Source: Acinetobacter phage 5W
Length of the DNA stretch: 43,032 nt
Strand: one strand, 5' to 3'
Sequence record: MT349887.1
In this document: in pieces, positions 28,109 through 35,662 of the stretch
How the letters are laid out: every line of letters begins with the position of its first letter
How positions within the stretch are numbered: position 1 is the stretch's first letter
Notes under the pieces: model-generated
Told to the model about the DNA's origin: nothing
What the model saw: the letters and a program-made list of their open reading frames with translations, nothing else
Databases searched by the model: none
Position numbers and translations under genes: made by a program

Positions 28109-28768
28109 TTAGAACGGTAGGTCGTCATCTAAATCAGAAGATTGATTACCTTGAGTTTGTGAATATTGACCATAGCCACCAGATTGTTGCGGTGCATTTT
28201 GCTGTGCACGTTGTGCATCACCCATAGCAATTAAACGATCAAGAGCTTTAGGCAGTAGCTCAGGTGAAGTTTTACGTTCAAGGATTTCTTTAGCCATCAA
28301 TTCGCTATCAGCATTAAATGAAGCGAAGAAATTCATTTGATGGCGTTGCTGACCACTTCCATTTAAGTAATTTTCGCGCTGTAGCAAAACACCAATACGC
28401 TTATTAGTCATCTCAGGCGCAACCACACATGTTTGTTGTACTTTTTGTTTAAGATCAAAATCATATTTCTCTAATTTTTGATCCGTAGGTGTGAGGCTCT
28501 TAACACTCGCACAAGCCATAATCGCATTGATTTTATGGACACCTGAAAGTGCAGTACCATCAGCTTTGACAGTCCATATAGTGAAGTTTGTAAACTCCTT
28601 TGAATCAGACTCAAAGTTGATTTCAAAACCTTGTGTACCTTGTTTAGAGGTTACAAACTCCATTGATTTAATTACACCAACGTATTTACCAGTAGTTTCA
28701 ATACGTCCACCTGCATCAGCTTGTTTTGCTGATTCAGTATTCAAATTAAATGCTTGATAGTTACCCAT
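28109..28768 (-). CDS. SSB-like ssDNA-binding protein (DUF669-like) with canonical SSB C-terminal tail
   Basis: 219 aa; Gln/Gly-rich linker and C-terminal 'DLDDDLPF' matching the SSB acidic tip (DDDIPF); next to AAA_24 ATPase. Confidence 0.5.
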   Translation of the reverse strand: MGNYQAFNLNTESAKQADAGGRIETTGKYVGVIKSMEFVTSKQGTQGFEINFESDSKEFTNFTIWTVKADGTALSGVHKINAIMACASVKSLTPTDQKLEKYDFDLKQKVQQTCVVAPEMTNKRIGVLLQRENYLNGSGQQRHQMNFFASFNADSELMAKEILERKTSPELLPKALDRLIAMGDAQRAQQNAPQQSGGYGQYSQTQGNQSSDLDDDLPF

Positions 28769-28780
28769 GATTATTACCTC

Positions 28781-29449
28781 TTATGCTGTTTCAGTAGTTG
28801 TTTGTGTTTCAGTTTTTGCTATTCCGTAGTAATCACAGATAGCTGTATCAACGGCCTCTAAATCGTTTTCAATATGGTCAGACTCAAATAAGCCGATAGG
28901 GGATTTAACAGTGTTTAACCCGCTGTTTTTGGTATGAAAAATATATTGTTCGTTGATAACACCTGTTTGAAGACAGATGGTTACCATTCCTTCTAATGTG
29001 ATTTTTTCGTCTAGCATTTTTCCAATAGTTTTAATCTTGGTTTTGCCAGATTCAGCCTCTTCTGTGTGGCTTAAAATGTAGACGCGCTTGTTGTCCGCAA
29101 GGTTTGAAGCTTCTGTGAATACATCCCAAGTTTTGCGCCCAATTTCAGTGAACTTGTTGAAGCCAGTCTCAGTACTTCTGCGCATATATTCATTTGCCAT
29201 AACATACTGATAATCATCAATAATGATGATTGGCTTTGAAGTTTGTTGCATACGCTTGATAATCACTTCTGGACTATCTGTTACATAAATAGAGCCACCA
29301 TCTTTTGAAAGGTATTTCCATTCAGCCGAACGGAAAGGTAGGGGCTTTTTAACTACCTGAATCAACAAAACATCATTTGGATTTAGGTTACGAAGACTTG
29401 TTGATTTGCCAGTGCCTGATTGGCCTAAAATTAATGTTGCAATACTCAT
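28781..29449 (-). CDS. Sak4-like RecA-fold recombination ATPase (AAA_24)
   Basis: 222 aa; N-terminal Walker A 'LILGQSGTGKST', Walker B-like 'IIIIDDYQ'. Confidence 0.6.
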   Translation of the reverse strand: MSIATLILGQSGTGKSTSLRNLNPNDVLLIQVVKKPLPFRSAEWKYLSKDGGSIYVTDSPEVIIKRMQQTSKPIIIIDDYQYVMANEYMRRSTETGFNKFTEIGRKTWDVFTEASNLADNKRVYILSHTEEAESGKTKIKTIGKMLDEKITLEGMVTICLQTGVINEQYIFHTKNSGLNTVKSPIGLFESDHIENDLEAVDTAICDYYGIAKTETQTTTETA

Positions 29450-29510
29450 TTTTCATTCCTCATTCGTCATTTGAGTTATGAATGGCCTATGGCGCATTCA
29501 TAATCTTCTC

Positions 29511-29720
29511 CTAATTCTTTGGTGGTTCTGGTAGTGGCATCCAGTGGGATGTGTATAGTGGTCTTAGATATTCATCGTCACTTTCAAAGAACCACCAATA
29601 TTCATCATCAATTTCTACAAGCTTTGCTGTGTGCATTGTTTCGAAAGTGAAAGGGTTAAAAATTAGAACTAGAACATCTAGTTCAGGCAGTTGCTCATCA
29701 ACACTAATCCACTCCATCAC
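29511..29720 (-). CDS. DUF551-like phage protein
   Basis: 69 aa; 'MMEWISVDEQLP...HWMPLPEPPK' matches the DUF551 pattern. Confidence 0.5.
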   Translation of the reverse strand: MMEWISVDEQLPELDVLVLIFNPFTFETMHTAKLVEIDDEYWWFFESDDEYLRPLYTSHWMPLPEPPKN

Positions 29721-30097
29721 CCACCTCTTAACTCTTCATCCGCCAATTCTTCGGCGTAGTATTTAAGCTGCTCGTTTAAGCTGCTTACTTGTGCGTCTGT
29801 AAGCTTGAAACGTAAACCTATAGGTGACTCTATGCCGTCTTTATCAGTCACTACAGCATGAGTTCTTGTGTCAACTACAAGCACTTCATACTCTTGATCA
29901 CGTGCAAAACCACTGAATTGATCAGTTACTTCACGAGTGTCGTAAGTCGTTTCAGCTTTAATCTGACAGTTAAGAACATTGCAGCCGTAAGTTAGATCGA
30001 AATAGACCGTTTCGCCTTCAACTTGAATGTCAGTAGACATATCTAAGTAAGGGAAAGAAGGGCATAGCAACTCAGGCTTGTTAACTAACATATTCAT
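29717..30097 (-). CDS. Hypothetical early protein
   Basis: 126 aa ORF overlapping neighbours by 4 nt/1 nt. Confidence 0.4.
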   Translation of the reverse strand: MNMLVNKPELLCPSFPYLDMSTDIQVEGETVYFDLTYGCNVLNCQIKAETTYDTREVTDQFSGFARDQEYEVLVVDTRTHAVVTDKDGIESPIGLRFKLTDAQVSSLNEQLKYYAEELADEELRGG

Positions 30098-30312
30098 TAG
30101 TTAGCTCCTTCCACTTGCACACGCACATACTCATCATGTTTCTGCACATCATCTGAAAGGTATTTGAAGTAACCAAAGGCACTGAAAGCCAAAAGGACAA
30201 ATACGCTTGCCATTACCAAGCCAGAGTTAGAATGTCTAATCGTCTGCTTGCGGTTCTGATTCTTGATCAGCTTTGCTATTAATGCTTTTTCTGTCATAAT
30301 CTTCTCACTCAT
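30097..30312 (-). CDS. Small membrane protein, first gene of leftward early operon
   Basis: Track ORF extends to 30402; internal ATG at 30312 ('MSEKIMTEK...') preceded by ggga; one TM 'LVMASVFVLLAFSAFGYF'. Confidence 0.4.
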   Translation of the reverse strand: MSEKIMTEKALIAKLIKNQNRKQTIRHSNSGLVMASVFVLLAFSAFGYFKYLSDDVQKHDEYVRVQVEGAN

Positions 30313-30354
30313 TGAGTAAAAGTCCCGTCGGTCAGATGTCTGGGACTTTTTTGT

Positions 30355-30465
30355 TATCTGGTGAGATTTATTAAACCAAAGGTATAAAATAAAAGCAAGC
30401 ATAAATTAAACCATAGGTGAAAATAATTTATGATTAGGTTTAAATATGCTTTAATAGACAAAAGA
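30355..30465 (-). promoter_or_regulatory. Putative left operator/promoter (OL) carrying duplicated operator segment
   Basis: 'aaccataggtgaaaataattt' (30409-30429) and 'attaggtttaaata' (30433-30446) are near-identical to segments in the cI/cro intergenic region; heptamer TTAAACC/GGTTTAA recurs. Confidence 0.45.
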
Positions 30466-30490
30466 AAACCCACACGGGGTGGTGGGTTCG
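30466..30490 (-). terminator. Putative terminator downstream of the RM gene (acccac/gtgggt stem, T-run on - strand)
   Basis: GC-rich hairpin with A-run on + strand upstream side (tttcttt on - strand RNA) 10-30 nt after the RM gene stop. Confidence 0.4.
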
Positions 30491-30499
30491 AAGGGGGGA

Positions 30500-32767
30500 T
30501 TAGTTGTAATTTTGAGGAAGTTCCCATAATGCTTCTGTCTTTAGACGCAATTTTTTTTGATTTTCCTTGAGACTATTCTCAATTTCCTTTATTAGTTTAT
30601 GTTGTTTTACTATTTGATCTTTAACCTCTTCAGGAGGATTCGGGATCTCAATATTCAAAAACATTTCATCAGGAATACTGCGTCGTCTCTCTACACTGCC
30701 TTGCATTTTACTTTTGTATATTTTTCTTAGAGAATTAGATCTCAAAATCAAATCCAAATATTCTACATTAACTTCTCGTTTTAATCTAAAGATTTTGTAT
30801 GCTGGGCTTACGGCAGCAGCATCGTAATATTTTTGAAATCCTAGAACACCTTCATCTATAGGGAACCCCATTACAAGTTCATTTTTAAAAACCTTTTTAT
30901 ACCCAGAAATATCAGAACTTGCGACTCGTTTTTTAAATTTCTCATGCTGATCAATTAAGCCATGTTCCATAGTGATACTCATAATAGGTATATTTGTATC
31001 CTCTCCCACTTTGACTTTGCCAGACAAGGATAGGAGTTCTTTTAGTTTTATAGTTGGGAATTTTGATTTTATATGTGAATTACTATAGTGAGCATAATTA
31101 TAAATATAATCATTGCTTCTGATTAATTCTGGATTAACTTTTAAGAAACCTAATTCATTATAATATTTATCAAAGTCGCTCTTATTTAAATCAGCAAAAT
31201 CTAAATTTTTTAAATCATTTTCGTCAATTTTTCTACGGAAAGAATCTAAACTTAGGCCATCATTTGTCACATTGTAGTAAAAAACGTCAGAATTTGTTCT
31301 ACCATTATGACAGTTGGTAAAGTAGAGTATATTGGTTTTAACTTTTGCATATGGCAGAAAAACTTCTTTTGGAAGTGAAACTACTGCTTTTAGTTGGGCG
31401 TTTTCAAATAAATACTTCCTTACTGGAGCTAAAGCGGCTTTAAAAAGAAAGCCTTCAGGTACTACTAATGCCATTCGCCCTCCTTTTTTTGTTGCTTTAA
31501 AGCAATGTAGAACACATACTCCATCACCATCGTTTTTAGCTAACTTATTCTCATATAAGTGAGAATAAGAAGTTTTTTGAGAAAATGGCATGTTGGTTAT
31601 AACCACATCATATTCAGATTCAATAGGGTTTTGAAGTGTGTCTATCTGGCAAATTCCACTATGCCCATCCCCATGCAGAATCATATTCATTTTTGCGAGT
31701 TTTGCATTTGAGGTAATTTCTCTTCCAAAAATAGTATTATGTTTAAGCTTGATTTCTTCACTACTATTGTTTGCAATTAAAGTGTTATCTTTTATATGAT
31801 CAAATGCCTCTGTTAAAAAACCACCTGTCCCACAAAAAGGGTCATAGATCTTTTCACCATATTTAGGGTTGACTAAGTTAACAATGGTTTTAGTTATGTG
31901 ACGTGGAGTAAAATATTCTCCTAAGTCATTATTAGTTGCTGTAGCTTGCTGTAAGAAATACTCAAAAGCATCTCCTTTAATATCGGTATCTATTGATGAG
32001 AGTTTTAACTTATCCAACTCTTTGATCATCTCTTTAACAGCAACAGGGTTGGTTAGCTGTAAATTTGTAAAAACAGAAGCACCATATTGTCTATCAATAT
32101 CTTGTAGTATGTTATTAGTTGTATTAATTAGCAAATCATTATCGAGACTTTTGAGAGAATTCCAAATACCTGTATTAGCATTCTCTGTATACAATTTTAA
32201 AAAAAGAATGTTTGCAAATTCTGAAAGCCTTTCTATACCAGCTCTTAAACCTTCACCTCTTAGTGAGTTATTTAACTTCTTGAAAACATTAATTAACTCT
32301 TTGCGAGAGACTAAAATTTCTTTAGGTGTAATATAAATACCATTTGTTTCCTGCAATATGAACTCTTTAGCTTCATTTACTCTTATTAATTCATTAACCT
32401 CATTTTCATCAATAAATAATGGTTTTTGGGTATACAAATGCCGTGTTTCGCAGAAACCATTATTCATTGCAAATATCAAAGGTGCATCAAGCATTTCAGC
32501 ATATTCGGTTGCCTGATCCAGTGCTTTTGTTAAGCTTTTTCCACCTGATTTCGTTTCAATTACACCGATTGGCCGCTTATTTTGTGAATCGAAAAGAACA
32601 TAATCGGGTCTTTTTTTACTTTTCTTGAGAAACTCATTATTAACAATTCTTAAGATATCTGATTCAAAAAAGACATTTTTGTTTGGATCTTGAATGTCCA
32701 AGATCCAGCCCTTGTTAATCAAATTATTGTTAACAATAAAACGTGTATCTTGCTCAATATTAGACAT
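30500..32767 (-). CDS. Single-chain restriction-modification enzyme: HsdR-N-type PD-(D/E)xK nuclease + HsdM-like N6-adenine MTase + HsdS-like target recognition domain (Type IIG/IIB-like)
   Basis: N-term 'RPDYVLFD...IGVIETK' (PD...ExK); 'LGEYFTPRHITKTIVNLV' + 'DPFCGTGGFL' (motif I) + 'TNMPFS' (motif IV); C-term '...IEIPNPPEEVKDQIVKQHKLIKEIENSL' resembles conserved HsdS region. Track start 32782 is TTG; ATG at 32767 has RBS. Very AT-rich. Confidence 0.8.
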   Translation of the reverse strand: MSNIEQDTRFIVNNNLINKGWILDIQDPNKNVFFESDILRIVNNEFLKKSKKRPDYVLFDSQNKRPIGVIETKSGGKSLTKALDQATEYAEMLDAPLIFAMNNGFCETRHLYTQKPLFIDENEVNELIRVNEAKEFILQETNGIYITPKEILVSRKELINVFKKLNNSLRGEGLRAGIERLSEFANILFLKLYTENANTGIWNSLKSLDNDLLINTTNNILQDIDRQYGASVFTNLQLTNPVAVKEMIKELDKLKLSSIDTDIKGDAFEYFLQQATATNNDLGEYFTPRHITKTIVNLVNPKYGEKIYDPFCGTGGFLTEAFDHIKDNTLIANNSSEEIKLKHNTIFGREITSNAKLAKMNMILHGDGHSGICQIDTLQNPIESEYDVVITNMPFSQKTSYSHLYENKLAKNDGDGVCVLHCFKATKKGGRMALVVPEGFLFKAALAPVRKYLFENAQLKAVVSLPKEVFLPYAKVKTNILYFTNCHNGRTNSDVFYYNVTNDGLSLDSFRRKIDENDLKNLDFADLNKSDFDKYYNELGFLKVNPELIRSNDYIYNYAHYSNSHIKSKFPTIKLKELLSLSGKVKVGEDTNIPIMSITMEHGLIDQHEKFKKRVASSDISGYKKVFKNELVMGFPIDEGVLGFQKYYDAAAVSPAYKIFRLKREVNVEYLDLILRSNSLRKIYKSKMQGSVERRRSIPDEMFLNIEIPNPPEEVKDQIVKQHKLIKEIENSLKENQKKLRLKTEALWELPQNYN

Positions 32768-32899
32768 ATTGCATAATCCCAATATCTACTATAAAAACTA
32801 TTGGCAATCTACACATTACACACTAAAACATCAATAAATATTACTATCTAATAAGTGATATACCCCACATTTAAAAGACTGTGTCGGGTTCACAGTTTA

Positions 32900-33121
32900 T
32901 TAATCTTTTGTGTTATTAATTTTCTGGCCTAGCTTTCCTTCTTTTACCAACTGCACGACCTGCTCATTAGTAAGCACAGGAATAAAGACTTTGTCGCCAA
33001 TATCTTTAGAAAGAATCTTTACTTCTTCGGCTGTTAGCACCAAAGCTTCACCATGTTTCGCAGCATCATTGATGCGAGCAATAATCTGATTGATTGGTAG
33101 TTTTGCGTTATCCAATTCCAT
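32900..33121 (-). CDS. Hypothetical 73-aa protein between repressor and RM gene
   Basis: Compact ORF co-oriented with cI and the RM gene; no recognisable motif. Confidence 0.45.
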   Translation of the reverse strand: MELDNAKLPINQIIARINDAAKHGEALVLTAEEVKILSKDIGDKVFIPVLTNEQVVQLVKEGKLGQKINNTKD

Positions 33122-33130
33122 TCTCCTTTT

Positions 33131-33877
33131 TTAACCTGCACGCCAAAATTGGCGACCCATAACTTTAAAATTCAATCCATTTTGCTCCGTGACTTCACGA
33201 TCTCTGTATTTAGGATTTAGGCTGTGCAGAATCAGTTTCCCGCCTTCTTCCTTGAAAATCTGCTTAATCATGCCTTCACCCTCAAAGTAAACAGCATAAA
33301 TTTGACCATCGATAATGTCGGTTTGGGATATATCAATGCCAACCAAATCCCCATCATCAATCTTGTCCGCCATGCTGTCGCCTTTAGCCTTGATGATGCG
33401 CATGCAATCAGGATGAACATTTTTTTGTTTAAAAAAACTAGGTGGGAATGGCTGTTTTCCATTGATCACATCAAAGTGAAACTCTATAGACTCTCCTGTG
33501 CCACAAGAAAAACTTGCCTCTACCACATCAATCCAGATAAATCCATCATCCCCACCATACTCAACTACTGACGGGCTTTGAATATCATTCACATCAAATG
33601 ATGATTCATCTTTCTTGGATAGACCGTGCTTATCCATAAATTCTTGCATGTTGAAGTTGGTTAAATTTTGTTTTTTCTTCCCGTTTAGAAGCCATCCGGC
33701 ATCAACTTCTAAAAGTTCGGCCAACTTATCCAAAGTCTCTTTGCCAATCTGTCCTTTTTTCCATTTAGAAGGCGCTTGAGGAGTCAGGCCAATCATTGTG
33801 GCAGCTTTAGACCATGATAATTTCTTTGCTTTCAGTGCTTCCTGAATGCGCTCAACCATTGTGCTCATAACTTTCAT
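33131..33877 (-). CDS. cI: CI-like prophage repressor (HTH + S24 LexA-type peptidase domain)
   Basis: N-terminal HTH ('LSWSKAATMIGLTPQAPSKWKKGQ'); C-terminal 'KAKGDSMADKI' (Ser) and 'GMIKQIF' (Lys) S24 dyad; track ORF extends to 33934 but the first 19 aa look like spurious extension. Confidence 0.8.
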   Translation of the reverse strand: MKVMSTMVERIQEALKAKKLSWSKAATMIGLTPQAPSKWKKGQIGKETLDKLAELLEVDAGWLLNGKKKQNLTNFNMQEFMDKHGLSKKDESSFDVNDIQSPSVVEYGGDDGFIWIDVVEASFSCGTGESIEFHFDVINGKQPFPPSFFKQKNVHPDCMRIIKAKGDSMADKIDDGDLVGIDISQTDIIDGQIYAVYFEGEGMIKQIFKEEGGKLILHSLNPKYRDREVTEQNGLNFKVMGRQFWRAG

Positions 33878-34001
33878 CGCGTGAAACCTTTGGTTAAATT
33901 TTCGTATAAAAAATATAAAATTGTAAGCAACCATAGGTTGAAAATAATTTTAACTCATGGTTTAATAAAAATATTAATTAGGTTTAAATAAGGTTTAAGA
34001 T
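33878..34001. promoter_or_regulatory. Divergent cI/cro promoter-operator region (OR)
   Basis: Intergenic between divergent repressor and cro-like genes; GGTTTAA heptamer x3 (33959, 33982, 33993) and 'aaccataggttgaaaataattt' (33929-33950) shared with OL. Confidence 0.5.
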
Positions 34002-34232
34002 ATGAATCCTATTCAACAAGCCATTGATGCTGTTGGTGGGCGAACCAATGCAGCGTCATTACTTGGGATATCCTACGTTGCTGTAAGAAAGATGGCAGAG
34101 AAAGGTGTATTGCCACGTACTGATTACACAGGTGAAACCAACTACGCACAGATTCTTGCTGAGCACAGTAACGGGAAAGTGACTCAAGAATGGCTACTCG
34201 ATAAAGCAAATCCAAAACATTTAGCGGCATAA
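34002..34232 (+). CDS. cro: Cro-like HTH regulator (YdaS/Cro family)
   Basis: 76 aa; 'AVGGRTNAASLLGISYVAVRKMAEKG' HTH; divergent from cI. Confidence 0.6.
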   Translation: MNPIQQAIDAVGGRTNAASLLGISYVAVRKMAEKGVLPRTDYTGETNYAQILAEHSNGKVTQEWLLDKANPKHLAA

Positions 34233-34242
34233 GGAAAGTTTT

Positions 34243-34509
34243 ATGAGCCTTGAAAAAAAATCTACGCATGTGCGTTTATCTCCCGAAATCCATGAACGAG
34301 CAAAAATACTTGCTCATGTTAAAGAAAAGGATCTCGCGGCCTATCTAGGTTTTCTTATTGAAAAAGAGATAGTTGGCGAGTGGCATGTATTCAATATACA
34401 AGCAAAATCTTTCGCGCGTTTGGGAATGTCGGCTTTAGTACGGGAGTTAAGTACAGAAGTCAGCTTTTCAGAGGGATCGGAAGGGATTAACGGGAATTTA
34501 GACAAATAA
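34243..34509 (+). CDS. Ribbon-helix-helix DNA-binding protein (cII-position regulator)
   Basis: 88 aa; 'THVRLSPEIHERAKILAHVKEKDLAAYLGFLIEKEI' fits the Arc/CopG RHH pattern. Confidence 0.5.
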   Translation: MSLEKKSTHVRLSPEIHERAKILAHVKEKDLAAYLGFLIEKEIVGEWHVFNIQAKSFARLGMSALVRELSTEVSFSEGSEGINGNLDK

Positions 34510-34535
34510 AAAGCCTGATCTCGTAAATCAGGCTT
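34505..34535 (-). terminator. Hairpin with T-run only on the - strand (possible terminator of an OOP-like antisense RNA)
   Basis: 'aataaaaa-agcctgat-ctcgtaa-atcaggctt': 9-bp stem; A-run upstream on + strand = U-run for a leftward transcript; no T-run on + side. Confidence 0.3.
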
Positions 34536-34605
34536 AGTGTTCAATCGGAGAAGGACCAAATGAACTATTCAATATTAGCAGAAACAGTAGAGAAGGGGAA
34601 CTAGA

Positions 34606-34771
34606 TGAGTAAAACCACTTTTAAATTTATTCAGTGGTACGAATCTAAGTACCCTGAGTTTGTAAATCGATATGGAGCTTTAAAACGCTTATATGACTCT
34701 GATTTAGATAGTTTCTTCATTGAAGAAATTGATGAGCTGTATAAGGAATTTAAGCAAGGTGGTGTTGTATG
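34606..34771 (+). CDS. Hypothetical 55-aa protein (below ORF-track cutoff)
   Basis: ATG with RBS 'gaaggggaactagATG'; stop overlaps start of replication initiator gene (ATGA). Confidence 0.3.
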
Positions 34772-35662
34772 AGCTTATACACCACAGGTCATCCGGTTGT
34801 AGACAAAATTGCCAGCCTCAATATTGAAGGCAATGTCATTCCTGCTAATTGGTTTAATACTTTCAAATTGGAAAATGGAAAGCCCGATACAAATGCGGTC
34901 ATTTTGCTTTCAGAAATTGTTTATTGGCATCGTCCGACTATTGTCCGTGATGAAGATTCTGGGCATATCGTTTCGGTAAAGAAAAAATTCAAAGCTGATT
35001 TATTGCAACGCTCATATCAGAGTCTAGCAGATCAATTTGGGTTCTCAAGGAAGCAAGTTAAAGAAGCATTAGATCGTCTTGAAAAGTTCGGCGTGATCAA
35101 GCGTCATTTCCGCTCTGTAGATGTAAATGGTCAAAAACTTAGCAATGTTTTGTTCATTGAATTAGTTACCCATGTTCTCTTTGAAGTGACCACCCTCCTA
35201 ACTTCTACGGTAGGACCCTCCTCACTTGAAAGTCATGACCTCCCACCCTACAGGGAAGACCCTCCCCACCTGGAGGGTGACACATATACAGAGAATACTA
35301 CAGAGATTACTACAGATAGTAAGTTAAGCACGGCTGAGCTTGAAAAAATCTTGAAAGGGAAGAAACCATGTGAAGCTCTTGTCGCTATCGGTTTAGATCT
35401 TGAGGTTGCTAAACGATTCAATGAATACCGTAAGACCCTTAAAAAACCATTAACTCTTGATGCTGTGATCAAGCATTACCACGAAAGCTGCAATGCAGGG
35501 ATTTCAACTAATGATGCAGCTCGTATTGTTTTGAGTGAATCGTGGATTGGGTTTGCTAGTCGTTACAACTGGAAGCCAGCATTTGAAACTTTGAATGGTT
35601 CTGCACAACAACAAACACCAGCAGATATGAAAAATGCTGATCTTAATTATGGAGATTGGTAA
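34769..35662 (+). CDS. Replication initiator (lambda O-like) with internal origin
   Basis: 297 aa; N-terminal winged-helix region; low-complexity linker encoded by the iteron array; followed immediately by DnaB helicase gene. Confidence 0.6.
   Translation: MSLYTTGHPVVDKIASLNIEGNVIPANWFNTFKLENGKPDTNAVILLSEIVYWHRPTIVRDEDSGHIVSVKKKFKADLLQRSYQSLADQFGFSRKQVKEALDRLEKFGVIKRHFRSVDVNGQKLSNVLFIELVTHVLFEVTTLLTSTVGPSSLESHDLPPYREDPPHLEGDTYTENTTEITTDSKLSTAELEKILKGKKPCEALVAIGLDLEVAKRFNEYRKTLKKPLTLDAVIKHYHESCNAGISTNDAARIVLSESWIGFASRYNWKPAFETLNGSAQQQTPADMKNADLNYGDW
35189..35330. repeat. Putative origin of replication: 4 direct iterons (GACCNCTCC(C)CAC), one inverted copy, then AT-rich TACTACAGA repeats
   Basis: Iterons at 35189, 35214, 35237, 35258 (spacing 21-25 nt), inverted 'ggagggtg' at 35272, then 'atactacagagattactacagatag'; GC-rich island within AT-rich gene. 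Confidence 0.5.

Noticed and set aside
30478-30492. tRNA T-loop-like 'gggttcgaagg' near the RM gene terminator
   Set aside because: No acceptor/anticodon stems can be built around it; it is part of a GC hairpin, so it is not a tRNA or att-associated tRNA fragment.
33878-33934. N-terminal 19-aa extension of the repressor ORF (MVAYNFIFFIRKFNQRFHA)
   Set aside because: Hydrophobic nonsense extension reading through the operator region; the HTH domain begins at the internal Met near 33877/33868.
35189-35283. Regularly spaced GC-rich repeats that could be mistaken for a mini CRISPR array
   Set aside because: Repeats are only ~12 nt, imperfect, lie inside a coding gene with an AT-rich partner region and an inverted copy. 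This is the classic iteron origin, not CRISPR.
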